DNA of 58,367 bases, counting the filler, from Thelocarpon superellum (taxonomy: Eukaryota), in assembly GCA_026025795.1 (NCBI GenBank). It is 5 parts of 5 records of this genome, joined end to end, with 100 filler letters (N's around TTAATTAATTAA, not from the genome) between each part and the next. Parts side by side here need not be neighbours in the genome. Positions count along the whole stretch, not along the records: positions 46,882 to 58,367 come from JAPEUG010000500.1; 4 more parts are not named here. The stretch is one strand, 5' to 3'. Under the pieces are notes generated by a model. It made no database searches, was not told the DNA's origin, and saw nothing but the letters and a program-made list of their open reading frames with translations. The stretch's first letter is position 1. Every line of letters starts with the position of its first letter. Position numbers and translations under genes: made by a program. Below, piece after piece: positions 47,364-58,367 of this stretch.

Positions 47364-48307
47364 GGCGGGGGCCGTGGGCGGAGGAGGATGAGTCGATCAA
47401 CGCCGCGTTAAGCAGAGAGTGTATCCACCCATGATGCAAGATTCCGATGACAAGGTCAATCACTCGACAGGACTTAAGAATCGTGAATCATCGACGATAC
47501 CAAGACCTCGAACCAGAAGCAGAATATGCCGGCGCACACGAAATCTATATCCGTGCGAGCATGCCCTGTGGATCTACGCCGTGGGCGGTTGACCGACGCC
47601 CCGGGAGCCCTGAAGGCCGAGAAGACTCCAAATGCCTCGCGAAAGGTGGAGCTCGAGCTGCCGTGCCACATCTTGACCCGCATAGCCTCGCTACCGGCGG
47701 CCAAATGAAAGAAATCCAGCGTGGGGCCCGGCTGAGAAGAGGCCGCCAGCTCACGACCCAGTGGGTGAGCCTTCTTAGAGTTCCGTGGTCGCAAATTCCC
47801 TCGTGCACGCACATGCATGGCCTGGACCAAGCGCACCGTCGTCTACTATGATGGAGCACAGTCAGGGGTAGATGGGAGGGAGGAGGGGTGGAGGCAGGTC
47901 AAGGTTGCGGCAGGCGGGCGACGAACCAAGGGTCCAGGCCCGGGTGATTCGCTATGATGCTTGGGCTTGTGGGGGAGCCTCCCAGCTCAATGGGAGGTGA
48001 GCTAACCCAAGACGACGAACATGGAATGATCCACCGCCCTTACCCCGCCATATCCGTTATGAACGCTGCCCCCAACCTCTACACCTGCGCAATCGTCAGG
48101 CCCCGCATCTATTCATTTCATGAGGTAGCCGGAACTCGACTGCCTACAGCATACCGGCTCGGTAGATGAACAAACCACACAGTTCCATCAGATGCCCTCC
48201 AAATGCAACGCCGCGCTGAATTCCCGTTTCCTCCGTCCCGTCGTCTTTTGGCCTCTGCATCCGTACCTCTTCAATGGATGATGCGGGCGCCGATGACAAC
48301 CACCGGC

Positions 48308-50416
48308 CTAGGTGGAGGTGGATGGCTCGCTCAAGCTAACGCCCTTGATCCGTTTAGCAAGCCGGTCGGTCGAAGGGTCCGTCCGCCGCGCCGCTGCCGA
48401 GGGAGGGCCAGAGGGGGAAAAGGAACGCTTGGGGACGCGCTCACCGCTCTCCTGCAAAATCGCCAACAGCGTCGCCCATCCCGGGGTCGATAGGAGTTGA
48501 TATCCTTCGGCGAGGTCGTGCGTCGTGGCCACCCGGCACAGCAGCGCTTCCTCGTCCTGTCCATCATTCCCCTCAGTCTACGGCGGCACGCATTGCGGAT
48601 GGGAAAACCTACCGCACTGAGGATGCCCATCTGGTGCAAGAAGCACAGCAGGTGAAAGTCCGACACGGCTGAGATGCCTGGGTCGCGGTCGGATCGGGGG
48701 CGATCAACGCCCAACTGCGTCGCCACCAACCTCAGCTCCTGGCTCTCGCCCACCATCTCGCGGTGCTCGACGGGGAAGCCCGGGCCCGAGTGGGCAAACA
48801 TGGGCTTCGGCTGGCTCGGGAAGCCATGGGTCAGGGTGACCAGCAGATATTCCACGGGAAAGCTCGGCTTCGCATTCTCCTGCACGCTGGCTCCGTACTC
48901 GTTGATGCGCCGGTAGAAGACGTCGGGGATGTACCGCGCCCGTCCGTCCACGCCCTCGTCCTCATCCTCATCACGCACCAGCATCACTGATGGCTCAGCC
49001 GACGGCTCCACAATGTCCGCCCGGATCATCTCCACGGCAGAGTTGGAGGCCTGGAAGGCCGACACGCTGATCTGGCCATCCTCATCGCCACTGAGCACAC
49101 ACGTGACAAAATCGGAGCCAAAGCGGCCCGTGTCACTCCACTTGCTTGGCTTCGAGTGTTTCGCCTGGAGCCGGGCGGCAAAGGCAATCTCGAGGGACGA
49201 GAGGAAGTAGGAATCGATATGGCGCCTGCACACCACCTTGGAGTCGCCCGTGCCCGCATCGACGAGGTCGGTGAAGATGATGCCCACCTGCTGCAGCCCG
49301 CAGAGACGCGCCACCGCATCCACCTCGGCCTCGTTCGTCCACGGTTGGAGCGTCACGCCATCCACTTCGTTGATCTGCGGCGGCTCGTAGATGGCCTCGA
49401 CGACGGCCTTGACGCCCAGCGGCACCTCGGCGTATTCCTCGTATCGGCCGTAGAGGTAGCCGATGCGTTGCGCGCCCGACTTGCGCCAGAAATCCAGCAG
49501 CGCATTGATGAGACCGGCCGAGGCGAATTCGACGTGGTCCACCATCCGAAAGGGCTGGGGCTGGAGCGTGATGGCGCTCGGTTGGCACTTGGTGCAGATG
49601 CCTTCGGGCCATGCCGGGTGACCCGACGGACAATCCGGCTTGACGCGGTAGTAGGGCTCGCTCAGCGGCGGCATGTAGGAGGACTTGAGCTCGGGCTTAT
49701 TGGTGGCGGAGTTGATCTTGCGCAGGTGCGAGTGGAAGGAGAGGTGCTTGATCTTCTTCTCCGCCAGGTACTCGGGCGCGTACGGTTCCAGTGGCATACA
49801 GTAATCACACATCCCCTTGGGTCCGTGCCGGCACATCTTGGCATCACGCGAGCGCGGAATCTTTCCATCCTTCTTGTCCATGGCGTCGTCGAGGGCCGAC
49901 TGCTGCACCGACTCCCACGGATTCCTTGCCTTTTCGGCGGGCGAGGCCTGCGCGGGGTTCAGAGGAGGATCCTCCGACAGGGGGACTGCGTGACCGTTGA
50001 GACGGTGCGACGCCGCAGCGGCTGGAGTAGCCGACGACGTAGGTGCGTGCCCGTTGCTCAGGGACGCCAGCTTTTTGTAACCCAAGAATAAAAGATCGCC
50101 ATTCCTACATGATGGTCAGTGGACGAACGACCATGGCTGGGACCGCACCAACCGTAACCCAGGTGCTGCGATTGTGACCCCATCGAGCTCGGCGAGGTGG
50201 CGGATCTGTCCGCCGGCGGGCTTATTGGAGAGCGTGATGGATGAGGGATCCACGTCTTTCGGGAGGTTCTCTAATAGCTGAAGGAGAACTGTCAGCTTCC
50301 TCTCCGCCTGAGAAATCGGCAGCTGGTCATACCGGAGTCAGGAGTGACGGGAACAGGTCGGACGCCTCGACGGTGAGGCGGAATGAGCCATCCGGGCCCC
50401 GGAATCGGAGTAACAT
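48308..50416 (-). CDS. NPL4: Nuclear protein localization protein 4 (Cdc48-Ufd1-Npl4 cofactor), multi-exon
   Basis: [10 protein letters not shown] ubiquitin-like start, [61 protein letters not shown] and [15 protein letters not shown]. Confidence 0.96.
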
Positions 50417-51132
50417 GGTCCCTCACAACACACCGACGGCGCGAGACGGATGCGTGGAGGGGAGAAGCTGCAGACGGGTGAGCTGGAGGTGATGCGACAT
50501 GAAACACCAAGGTCGACGTTGCGTCCCCGGGGCAAAAGGTCAGAAAAGGTCGACGGAAGGTCATGGAAGGCTGGGCTCGAGATCAAGTCACTCTTCGACA
50601 CCGAGTACACCAGTACTTGGGGATCCGCCGATTGGACACCCCCAGTGGAAGTACCGGCGTCCGCCACTGAATACGGCACTGTGGACATTCATGGAACAAT
50701 CGTCTAGCTATCCCGTTCCCCGTAGCTAGGCGTTCGTTTGCCCATTCTCCGTCGCTTGGGACGGGCCCATTCTCGACGTCACAGAGAGCTGCTGAAAATG
50801 GGCTTACCTAACGCCTCAGTCATCATCACGAGCCAAAGTGACAGGCTAAGTCCGATGGCGCCGGGTAAGTGTCGGGGCTACTGCGCGACGAGAAAGCGTG
50901 TCTGACAATACTTGTCCTCACCCGACGATAATGCGCCGACAGGACGTGAATGCGAGGTGAGGCACGTTTGATCGATGGTGCACCTGCCGTGGTAGCCTTA
51001 CCTTCGTGTCGTCTTGTCTTTGCATCGCAGCCTTGCCGTCACACTATCTCGCCCGCTCATCGCCTCCTCCGTGACTCACTGGTGGTCTTCCGTGGCCCTG
51101 ATCGCGGACGTTGGCGCCCATTTCCACACGCC

Positions 51133-51968
51133 ATGGTGGACTGGTTTGGCCTGGTGGTGCCCCTGGCCTATCTCACCATCCTCGTGGGCTCGTTGGCAAC
51201 GTTTTCGTCGCTCTACCGGAAACGAAAGTCAGGTGCGTTGGTGATGGTGCCCTTACGGGTTGCACCTGGTACTGACTGTTGCAGCGAAAGCAACGTCGCT
51301 CGAGCCATGGTTTCCACGTCACTTGCAGCGTGATATCTACCTCTCCCTGCTCCATCTTGAGCCCCAATCGGGCCAGGAGAAAACTCCGCCCGTGCCCGAA
51401 AGCGTGCTGAAGGCGGCCTTATTACGGCGAGCGATTGAAGATATCCACCGCATCTTGCAGATTCGCAACTTCAAGCAGGCCTTGAGCAATCTGTTGCAGC
51501 GAGGCAGCGTCGGAGACGAGCTATGGCAGCGGTTCTTACGAGCGGAGAAGGAAACGGAAGAGGAAATTCGCGATGTGGTGACCGAGGTAAACGCCCCGAC
51601 CCTCAGTCGTTGTTCCCACGCTCACCGCGGTGCTCCCGCGCTAGGCCAATGCCTTTGCCCCAAACTGGGGTCAGACCATCTTCCAGACGGCCAACGAGAT
51701 GGCGGCCAATCAGATTCTGCGCAAACGTGCCGAAGAGATCCAAGGCAAGGCGGCAGCCGAGAAGGAATGGTGGGAGCAACGCCGGGCGACCATTCGGACG
51801 GAGTTTCTGAAAGAGCTAGACGACTCCCCCGAAGGGTCCGGAAAGGCTAGCAAGACCAGTCCTGTCGGGGAGCGCATGGGCAGCGATGACGACACCGTCT
51901 TGGTGGAGTCGGGAGGCCCAGCAGCGGGCGTGAAGGGCAGTAGCAAGAAGAAGAAGGCGAAGAAATGA
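51133..51968 (+). CDS. SEC66: ER translocon Sec63-complex subunit Sec66/Sec71 (3 exons)
   Basis: N-terminal TM PLAYLTILVGSLATFSSLYRKRK|, LEPWFPRHLQRDIYLSL, VLKAALLRRA, GSVGDELWQRF and E|ANAFAPNWGQTIFQTANE. Confidence 0.93.
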
Positions 51969-52149
51969 CGTTCTTGTTTGTATATTGCTCCTGCGGCATG
52001 TAAGATACTGACCGGCAACGCATGGCACGCGTTGCGGGAGAGCGCGTCAATCATAGCAGAACAGGCATTTTCTATCTCTGAGATTGCTATCGTTCAAGAC
52101 GCCACAATGTGCTCCACTCACATCATTCAGCACACCTGCCGCTCATCCG

Positions 52150-53713
52150 CTAAGGTGCACCCAAGATGCCCAACATCCCCACCAGGCTCAACACGACGGA
52201 CGCAACAGCTTGTCCTGCTCCACCAGACGCCGACGATTCCACGGCCCTCGAGCCGGCTGGCGTGCCCGGCTGCGGCGCGATCCCGAAGCGAGCAGCTCCC
52301 CCTCCCGATCTGCCCTGGTCCCACGCGGCGTAGCGTGCCTTGAGTAGCACGTCCCCGAAGATGTGCCGTCCCGTCTGCGGCGACACTGGGAGGCCTCCAA
52401 AGCACGCTATCGCGAAAGTCAGCCTCGAATGGTCGCATCTGGCTGGTGTGGTGGAGGAGGAGGAGGAGGAGGCTTACTCTCTCCTTCTGTGGCAGAGGCG
52501 GAGCTGAGCAACTCGCTCGGGATCACGGCCTCGTAGCCGCCCACCTACACGGACAGCGTCGGCAAAGCGCTGTCGCACGGGCAGACCCATCCGCCGGCGG
52601 TGGCATTCTGGACTGCGCTTGGACAAGCTGATCCACGGCCTCGACCGCCGCTTGCTCCATCAGGAGCAGGGTGGTGCCGGTGTCTGATCAGGTCAACGAT
52701 GGTACTCGCTTCCTCCCCACATCTCTTGGGGGCTCTCCGTCACGACCTGACCACGGCCTTCCCTCCCGAATCCGAATTACGGTACGCGGTCTCCCCTATA
52801 GTGTGCCCGTCGGACGCGACATCCCAGTAGCCGGCACTGGAATCAACTAGTGTCCAGTGGATACTGCCGGTGAAGCGGGTTGGGTCGACGAAGCCGTAAT
52901 CATACCCGCCCTGACTCGACTGCAATGAACGCCCCACCAGCGGCTGAGCCAGGACGGGCATGATATTTGGCAGGAAGGTTAACTGCGGCGCAGGCTTGAC
53001 TAATCTCGTCAGCCTGCCACCCCTTCACTCACCCCTCCTTACTCACCGGTGTTGAGCTTGGAAAACGCAAAGCCCACGATGCCATCGGCTGGCTCTCTGC
53101 GAAAGGCAACACTAACGGAGCTCGCGAGACTGAAAACTTGGTTCGACACTGCCACTCCGCCTACGGCGACTTCGTCCGTGCCCATGTTCCCCCCCGCGGA
53201 GCTTCCGTCGCCGTAGTCGATGGACCACGACACGCCTACCAGCGGCTTGTACCTGCTCGACAAGGACGTGTCGAAGGAGGTATGGCGTCGGCGGATGCTT
53301 GAGGGCTATATACCCAGCTGACAATCAGTCATGTACCACACCACCCCACACTAGACACCAGACACGGTGCACATGGGGCCAGGATAGACGTACAGAATCT
53401 GCGGAGCCGGTCTCAAATACCATCTCGAACGTCTGCCCGCCGATGGTCAAGGGCGTGAGATATTCGGCGCCGTCGGCCGACTCCTGACTGCCTACTTCGA
53501 CTTCCGTCTCGTTTCCGGCACCAGTGCGCTTTTCCTTTGCGCTTTTCCCTTTTCCTTTCCTTTGTCGTCACCCTTTCCTGGAGCATTTGAGTCTGAGCCA
53601 TTACCCCACCGTGCATGCGCACGCCACAGCGCCAGCGGCCCGTTGGGCACATGTGCGGCATTCCACCTCACGGGGACCGAGAAGATTTTGTTCGTGGGAA
53701 GCACGTCAGGCAT
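52150..53713 (-). pseudogene. Aspergillopepsin/penicillopepsin-like aspartic protease pseudogene
   Basis: Recognisable pieces in shifting frames: FSVPVRWN..NGPLALWRAH, EYLTPLTIGGQTFEMVFETGSAD (DTG changed to ETG), WSIDYGDGSSAGG, DGIVGFAFSKLNT, YDYGFVD, GYW, DTGTTLL, WVCPCDSALP, CFGG and IFGDVLLK. At least 3 frameshifts and an in-frame TAG at 52545-52547. Confidence 0.88.
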
Positions 53714-55444
53714 CTTGGAACCTGTTTCCAGATACTGACTAGGCAGGAAGTTCAGTGCTGGAAAAGAAGAAAGGGAAGGGAGGGAGGGAAGGGAGAGAGG
53801 GAGAGACTTGTTCAATCTGCGAATGTGCACATCCGTGGTTCTAATCATTCTTCATTCATTATCAGAACTCGTGCTCTATAATCAACATGACTCTCTCTTC
53901 ATGTGTCATGCTGTGCTCCCTCTGACTCGGTCCCACTGGGACTGGTACTTCAACGACGGAGCGTGGATTGCTCCAGGCCCCTGCTCCATGCTATACTGTC
54001 CCCTCGCCCACTCTCACTACGAATCTTACCCTCACCCGTCGCCAACGCTACTCGTCGTGACAAGATACCCAGGCGGACCACCACCATCACCCTCACCAGC
54101 AACAACAAGACTATGATCCACGGAGGCCGCCGTGCAAACATCAGCCTGCTGGAGACACAGCGCGCCGCACATACCCAACAGGGTGCCGACGGCTGTGAAA
54201 GGAGCGCCCGTTGCACTTGTTGAAGTTGGCCACGGACTGGCTCTTGCGTCGGCGGAGGTCCTCCGGAAGCACGGAAGGATGGCGACGCCGCCACCGCCGA
54301 GTAGGCCACCTTTTCGACTATCGTTTCGCACTTGGGTGTTGCAACCTCGCTGAGGTGGTCAAGGACTAGCGCGGCTAACAGAGAGGTTCCTTCGACCCTC
54401 TCCATTCGTCGCGAGAGTCAGGGCTGGGCACACCCTCCAGTAGACGACGATGGTGATGGCCGTGGTGGTGGTGGGCGTGCTGGGTGTGCCGGATTTATTG
54501 GCCGTACTGGGAGTGCTCGGTGTGCTTGGCATGCCCGCCGGTGGCCGTGAGGGCGGTGCCTGTGGTGACGGAGGTGCCGCCGGCTTCGTCGGCGGCGCCT
54601 CTACCCTCCTCATCGAGGGACGTGGGCGGCGTCAAGAATGGCCCTGACGCTGCCTCGTCGCTCAGATCCCGTCTTAGCCATCGTCTCTATCGTGTCCGTC
54701 GTGTCCATCGTGGCCGTCGCTGGAGCCCTCATACCGTAAACCAAGGCGCGCGAGGAAAAAGTTGGCACAGCGGGTGGAAGAAGTAGTGGTGGCGGTGGAA
54801 GAAGAAGCGGGAGAGGTGGATGAGGTAGAGAAGGAAGTCGTACAAATACCCTATGTGCTAGGTGGGGAGACTGGGGGATGAGGAGGTCGAGGAGGCGGGA
54901 GAGAGGGAGTTGGGAGTGAGATGAGCCTGGGATAGAAACAGATGTGGAAGCGCTCCTTGTTCGCGGACAGATAGACTTGAAGCAGATGGTCAAGTAAGTG
55001 AGGGGCAAGAGAATCTAGCATCGACGTTAATTGGTATTGTGGAGGCTCCATGAGGGAGCTCGAGGCTTCTGAGTAAGCCGCCTCACGTGACCCCCAATAG
55101 CTGTATATTAGAACGATGGATAGCTTCTGTAGAATAAACCACCCATCTCCAGTGGGATAACCGGGGTGCGTCAGTATACAGTTGTGGTGGCACGATTCAC
55201 AGGGCACGAAGAGTCAGCTCTGGGTCGTACCTGCCCTGCTTGGGGGCCCCAGAGCTCGATGGTGGCGGGGATTGCAGGGGAACCGCTGTATTGTACGCAC
55301 GACGACCTAGGCCAAAGGGCCCGCAAGCGAGGATCAACTTCTGGGGCGCCCCCATCAAATAATGTCTCCATGTAACTGCGAGGATGAGTGGCAAGCGGAG
55401 ACACGGCAAAGGAGCGAGACTCCACAATCGACGCATTGCAAACT

Positions 55445-58322
55445 TCACTTCCGTCCTTTCCTTGCCCGTTTTTCCCGCTCATAAACCTTTGATTCTCGGC
55501 CTTCCTCGCCTTGAATCTCCGCCACCAGCCGCTTGAACTTCTTCTCGTACTCGCGGTCGCGCTCCTTCTTTTCCCGAAGGCTCTCACGTGCCACGAAATT
55601 CGCATCCTTGCGGAGTTCACGCAACGCGCCCTTCCGTTCGCGCTTGTGTTCCGCCCGCAGCTTGCTCATGTCCGACCGCTCGCGGTCGGGATCGTAGTGA
55701 CGGTCGAGGTTGTAACCTTCCTCGAATCGCGGGATAGAGGTCTTGATGGCCTGCGGTCGATGGTGATGCAAGGCGAGTGGTCGACGTGAAGTACGAGCGG
55801 ACGCCAGGAGACGCTGTATCTTCTCCTTGGTTCGTACCACACGGGCCTGCCGAAAGTATGAGTATGAGGGCAGATAAGGGGTGATCCCACGTACCTGGGT
55901 GAACTTGGAAAAGGTGCCGCGGCAAGCTCTACCATCCAAGTGTTGCAACACTTCCGACACGGGCTCGAATGCTTCGATAAACGCGGGTTTCCCGGCCCAT
56001 AGTTCGGCGGCTGCGTCCATCAGCGATGCTTGCGTTTCCAGTAGCGCGACCTTCAGTATCCCGTCCTCCTCCACGGAAGCTTCACGTGGAAGGATATCAA
56101 AGAAGTGAAGGGATCGTGTGGCGCAGTCAAGTGGCCCATCGATTCGAATCGGCGTTGCTGCGTCCCGACGAGGAGAGCTTCGAAGAGCAGCAGGCGGGGC
56201 GACGGGGGCCAAGATGCACAGACCATTCAAGACGTAGGTGATGACTTCCGGCACGTATCGTTTCGAGATGGCCTGGTATTGGAGGAACAGAGTCGCAAGG
56301 TAGGTCCCAGTTGCCACTTCCGGCAACGTCGTAGGCTGCGTCTGACCAAGATAACGGGCCATGCACAGCGCGGCCGGCGTGACGACGTGATGGAACTGGT
56401 CCGAGGTGGGAAAGATGGAGCAAATGGCCGTCAGGATCACCAGATCCCCTGGAGTCGGATTCAAAGGCCGAATCTGGTGGAAGTCTTGCAGGCGGGCACG
56501 GAAGGCTCGTCCCACCTCCTCCGCATGCGCCTTGGCCAGCGAGTGGATATGACGGATCAGGGTCTCGAGCACGGAAAAGGATGGTCGGGTCGGTAGATTG
56601 GGCAGGTAGGAGATGTGGTCCACCAGTGTCGCAGCAAATCGGCCCAGCTTGGCTTTGTTGTCGCTATGCAGCTTGCTGTGATGGAGGGCTCGGATACGCT
56701 GGACGACGACGGGTAGATCCTCAAGGGCGCACTTCAATGTCACCTCCAGAAGTTCCTTGTGGGTTTGTGGACACGGATATGTGTATGCGAGATCCGGCAT
56801 GAGGCTGTGCTTCGCGCCGCTGGAGGCAGCAACGGCGTCAGGCTTCAGCTCCTTGTCATCATGCTCGTGGGTTGATCGGACCAGCTCGCTCTCATCCTCG
56901 TCTTCCATGCCTGGTACCTCGCTGAGGCCGTCTTCGTCCGAGACATCATCTCCTTCAGACTTGCTCACGTCGGGATCGCTGCCAATCAGGTCATCGTCCA
57001 TGACAAACTCATCCTCGCCCTCGACGTCGAAGGGCTGTCTGCTGGCCTGAGCAGCGATCCCGCGACCGAGCCCAAATGTCTCCGCATTATCCTCATCGAC
57101 GTCGACCTCAGCATTGAGAGGTGTTGTTCCCAACTCTTCTCCCTCGCCCGACTCGTCTTCGTCGTCTTCGCCCCTCATCCGGCGCAGTCTCTGCTCTTCG
57201 AGCTCCCGGAGGCGCCTCGCCTCGTCATCGGCCCTCTCCTCCTCTGTCATGGTCCGCTCGGTCGGCCTGGAGCGTTTGTCTAGGGCGAGTTGCTTGACCT
57301 GCAGATCATACTCCTTCTCCACGGTCGCCGGGTCTTGCCGCACCAGCAACGCCGCTCGCTCGGGGTTCATCGCTACGGCCCCTTTCAGCGGCATCGAGGA
57401 GGCAGGTGGTGTTGGTCGTGGGGTTGGGAAACCTCTCATGAGGGCCAGAATCTCCGGCAGCTCTTGGTCCAGCTTCTCCCTCTCGTCCTCGTCGTCTTCC
57501 TTGACCTGCTGCCGCTCGTACTTGTGGAACTTGGACTTGGCAATCACCTCCTTCATAACCTCGGCCTTGGATTTGATCCGGTCTGGGTCCTCTTCTCCGT
57601 CCTGAATCTGCTCGTTCTCCGATGCCCCTGATGCATCCAACCGTCGTCGCTTGCGCATTTGCTCGGCCGCCAACGCGTCCTCGTCGTCCTCCGATCCAGG
57701 GAGGTCGGTGGCATCAAAGTCGTCCACCGGTATCGAGTCTCCTAGGGCGAGTGCCTGGCCCCCATGCGTGAGCATTCCCTCCTCCTCGTCATCCTCGAGG
57801 TCGAACAGGGCACCCTTCTTGAAGGTCCGCTGCTTCTCCTGGGTAAAGCGTTCAAGCATCCGCTCCTCCGGGGTCATCTTAGGGTCGTTTTCTCCAAATC
57901 GTCGGTCGAGGAGGCCCCCAACTTTCTTTCTCCGTTGCATCTCCGTGAGGAGGGTTCGTCGCCGCTGGAAGTGCACCCCGTCAGCCATCTATGTATGCCG
58001 GTTCGCGTAGAAGTCCACGGACCGTTTCTTCACCCAGCCCCTTGGTCACGCCCGGACGGGCCTTGACCACCTTGTTCACCCTCCCCCCAAGCGTTCGATT
58101 ACTGGTGACGTCAAACTTCGATCGTTCCCGAGCCGGGGCCTGCACCTCGAAGGGGTTGAATTGCTCGCGGATGTTCTGGAGGGCGATGCCCCGCCGGGCT
58201 CGGTCCTTGAGCGCTCCATCGGACTGGCTGAGCTTCTTCTTCTGCTTCTTCGATGGCTGCGGTCCCACAATGCCCTCGGATCGTAGAGACGCCTTGAGTC
58301 GCTTCAGTTGCGAGGCGGGCAT
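55445..58322 (-). CDS. NOP14: Nucleolar protein Nop14 (SSU processome), multi-exon
   Basis: MPASQLKRLKASL, IREQFNPFE, GGLLDRRFGEND, LTHGGQ, KSKAEVMKEVIAKSK, FPTSDQFHHVVTPA, PRFEEGYN and KRERKGALRELRKDANF. Confidence 0.95.
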
Positions 58323-58367
58323 CGCGAGTCCGGAGCAATAGGCTGAGCTGGTATCAATGGGTCGGCG

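Noticed and set aside
53950..55008. P/S/T-rich minus-strand ORF fragments between the protease pseudogene and NOP14
   Set aside because: The frames are discontinuous with no splice model or family motif that I could support; possibly an orphan or decayed gene.

Overview
Eukaryotic, GC-rich filamentous ascomycete (Pezizomycotina-like) DNA with short GT-AG introns. The window is not one locus. It is five contigs (1-11680, 11781-23456, 23557-35185, 35286-46781, 46882-58367) joined by identical artificial N44-TTAATTAATTAA-N44 spacers and ordered by decreasing length, so adjacency across spacers means nothing. Contig 1: a ~1470-aa seven-exon F-box protein with about five tandem beta-prism/jacalin-like modules, an MBOAT/wax-synthase acyltransferase and a truncated orphan. 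Contig 2: O-methyltransferase, Zn2Cys6 transcription factor, DUF726/Mil1-like hydrolase and partial UTP23. Contig 3: SPT7, a VanZ-like protein, a disordered hypothetical, a tyrosine phosphatase and a micro-exon MRX7-like gene. Contig 4: a long gene-poor region with uORFs ahead of a Cys/His-motif coiled-coil protein, a GT90 glycosyltransferase and cysteine dioxygenase. Contig 5: a small secreted Cys-rich protein, NPL4, SEC66, a decayed aspartic-protease pseudogene and NOP14. The best novelty candidate is the multi-beta-prism F-box protein. All family calls come from motif recognition by eye; no database search was run.
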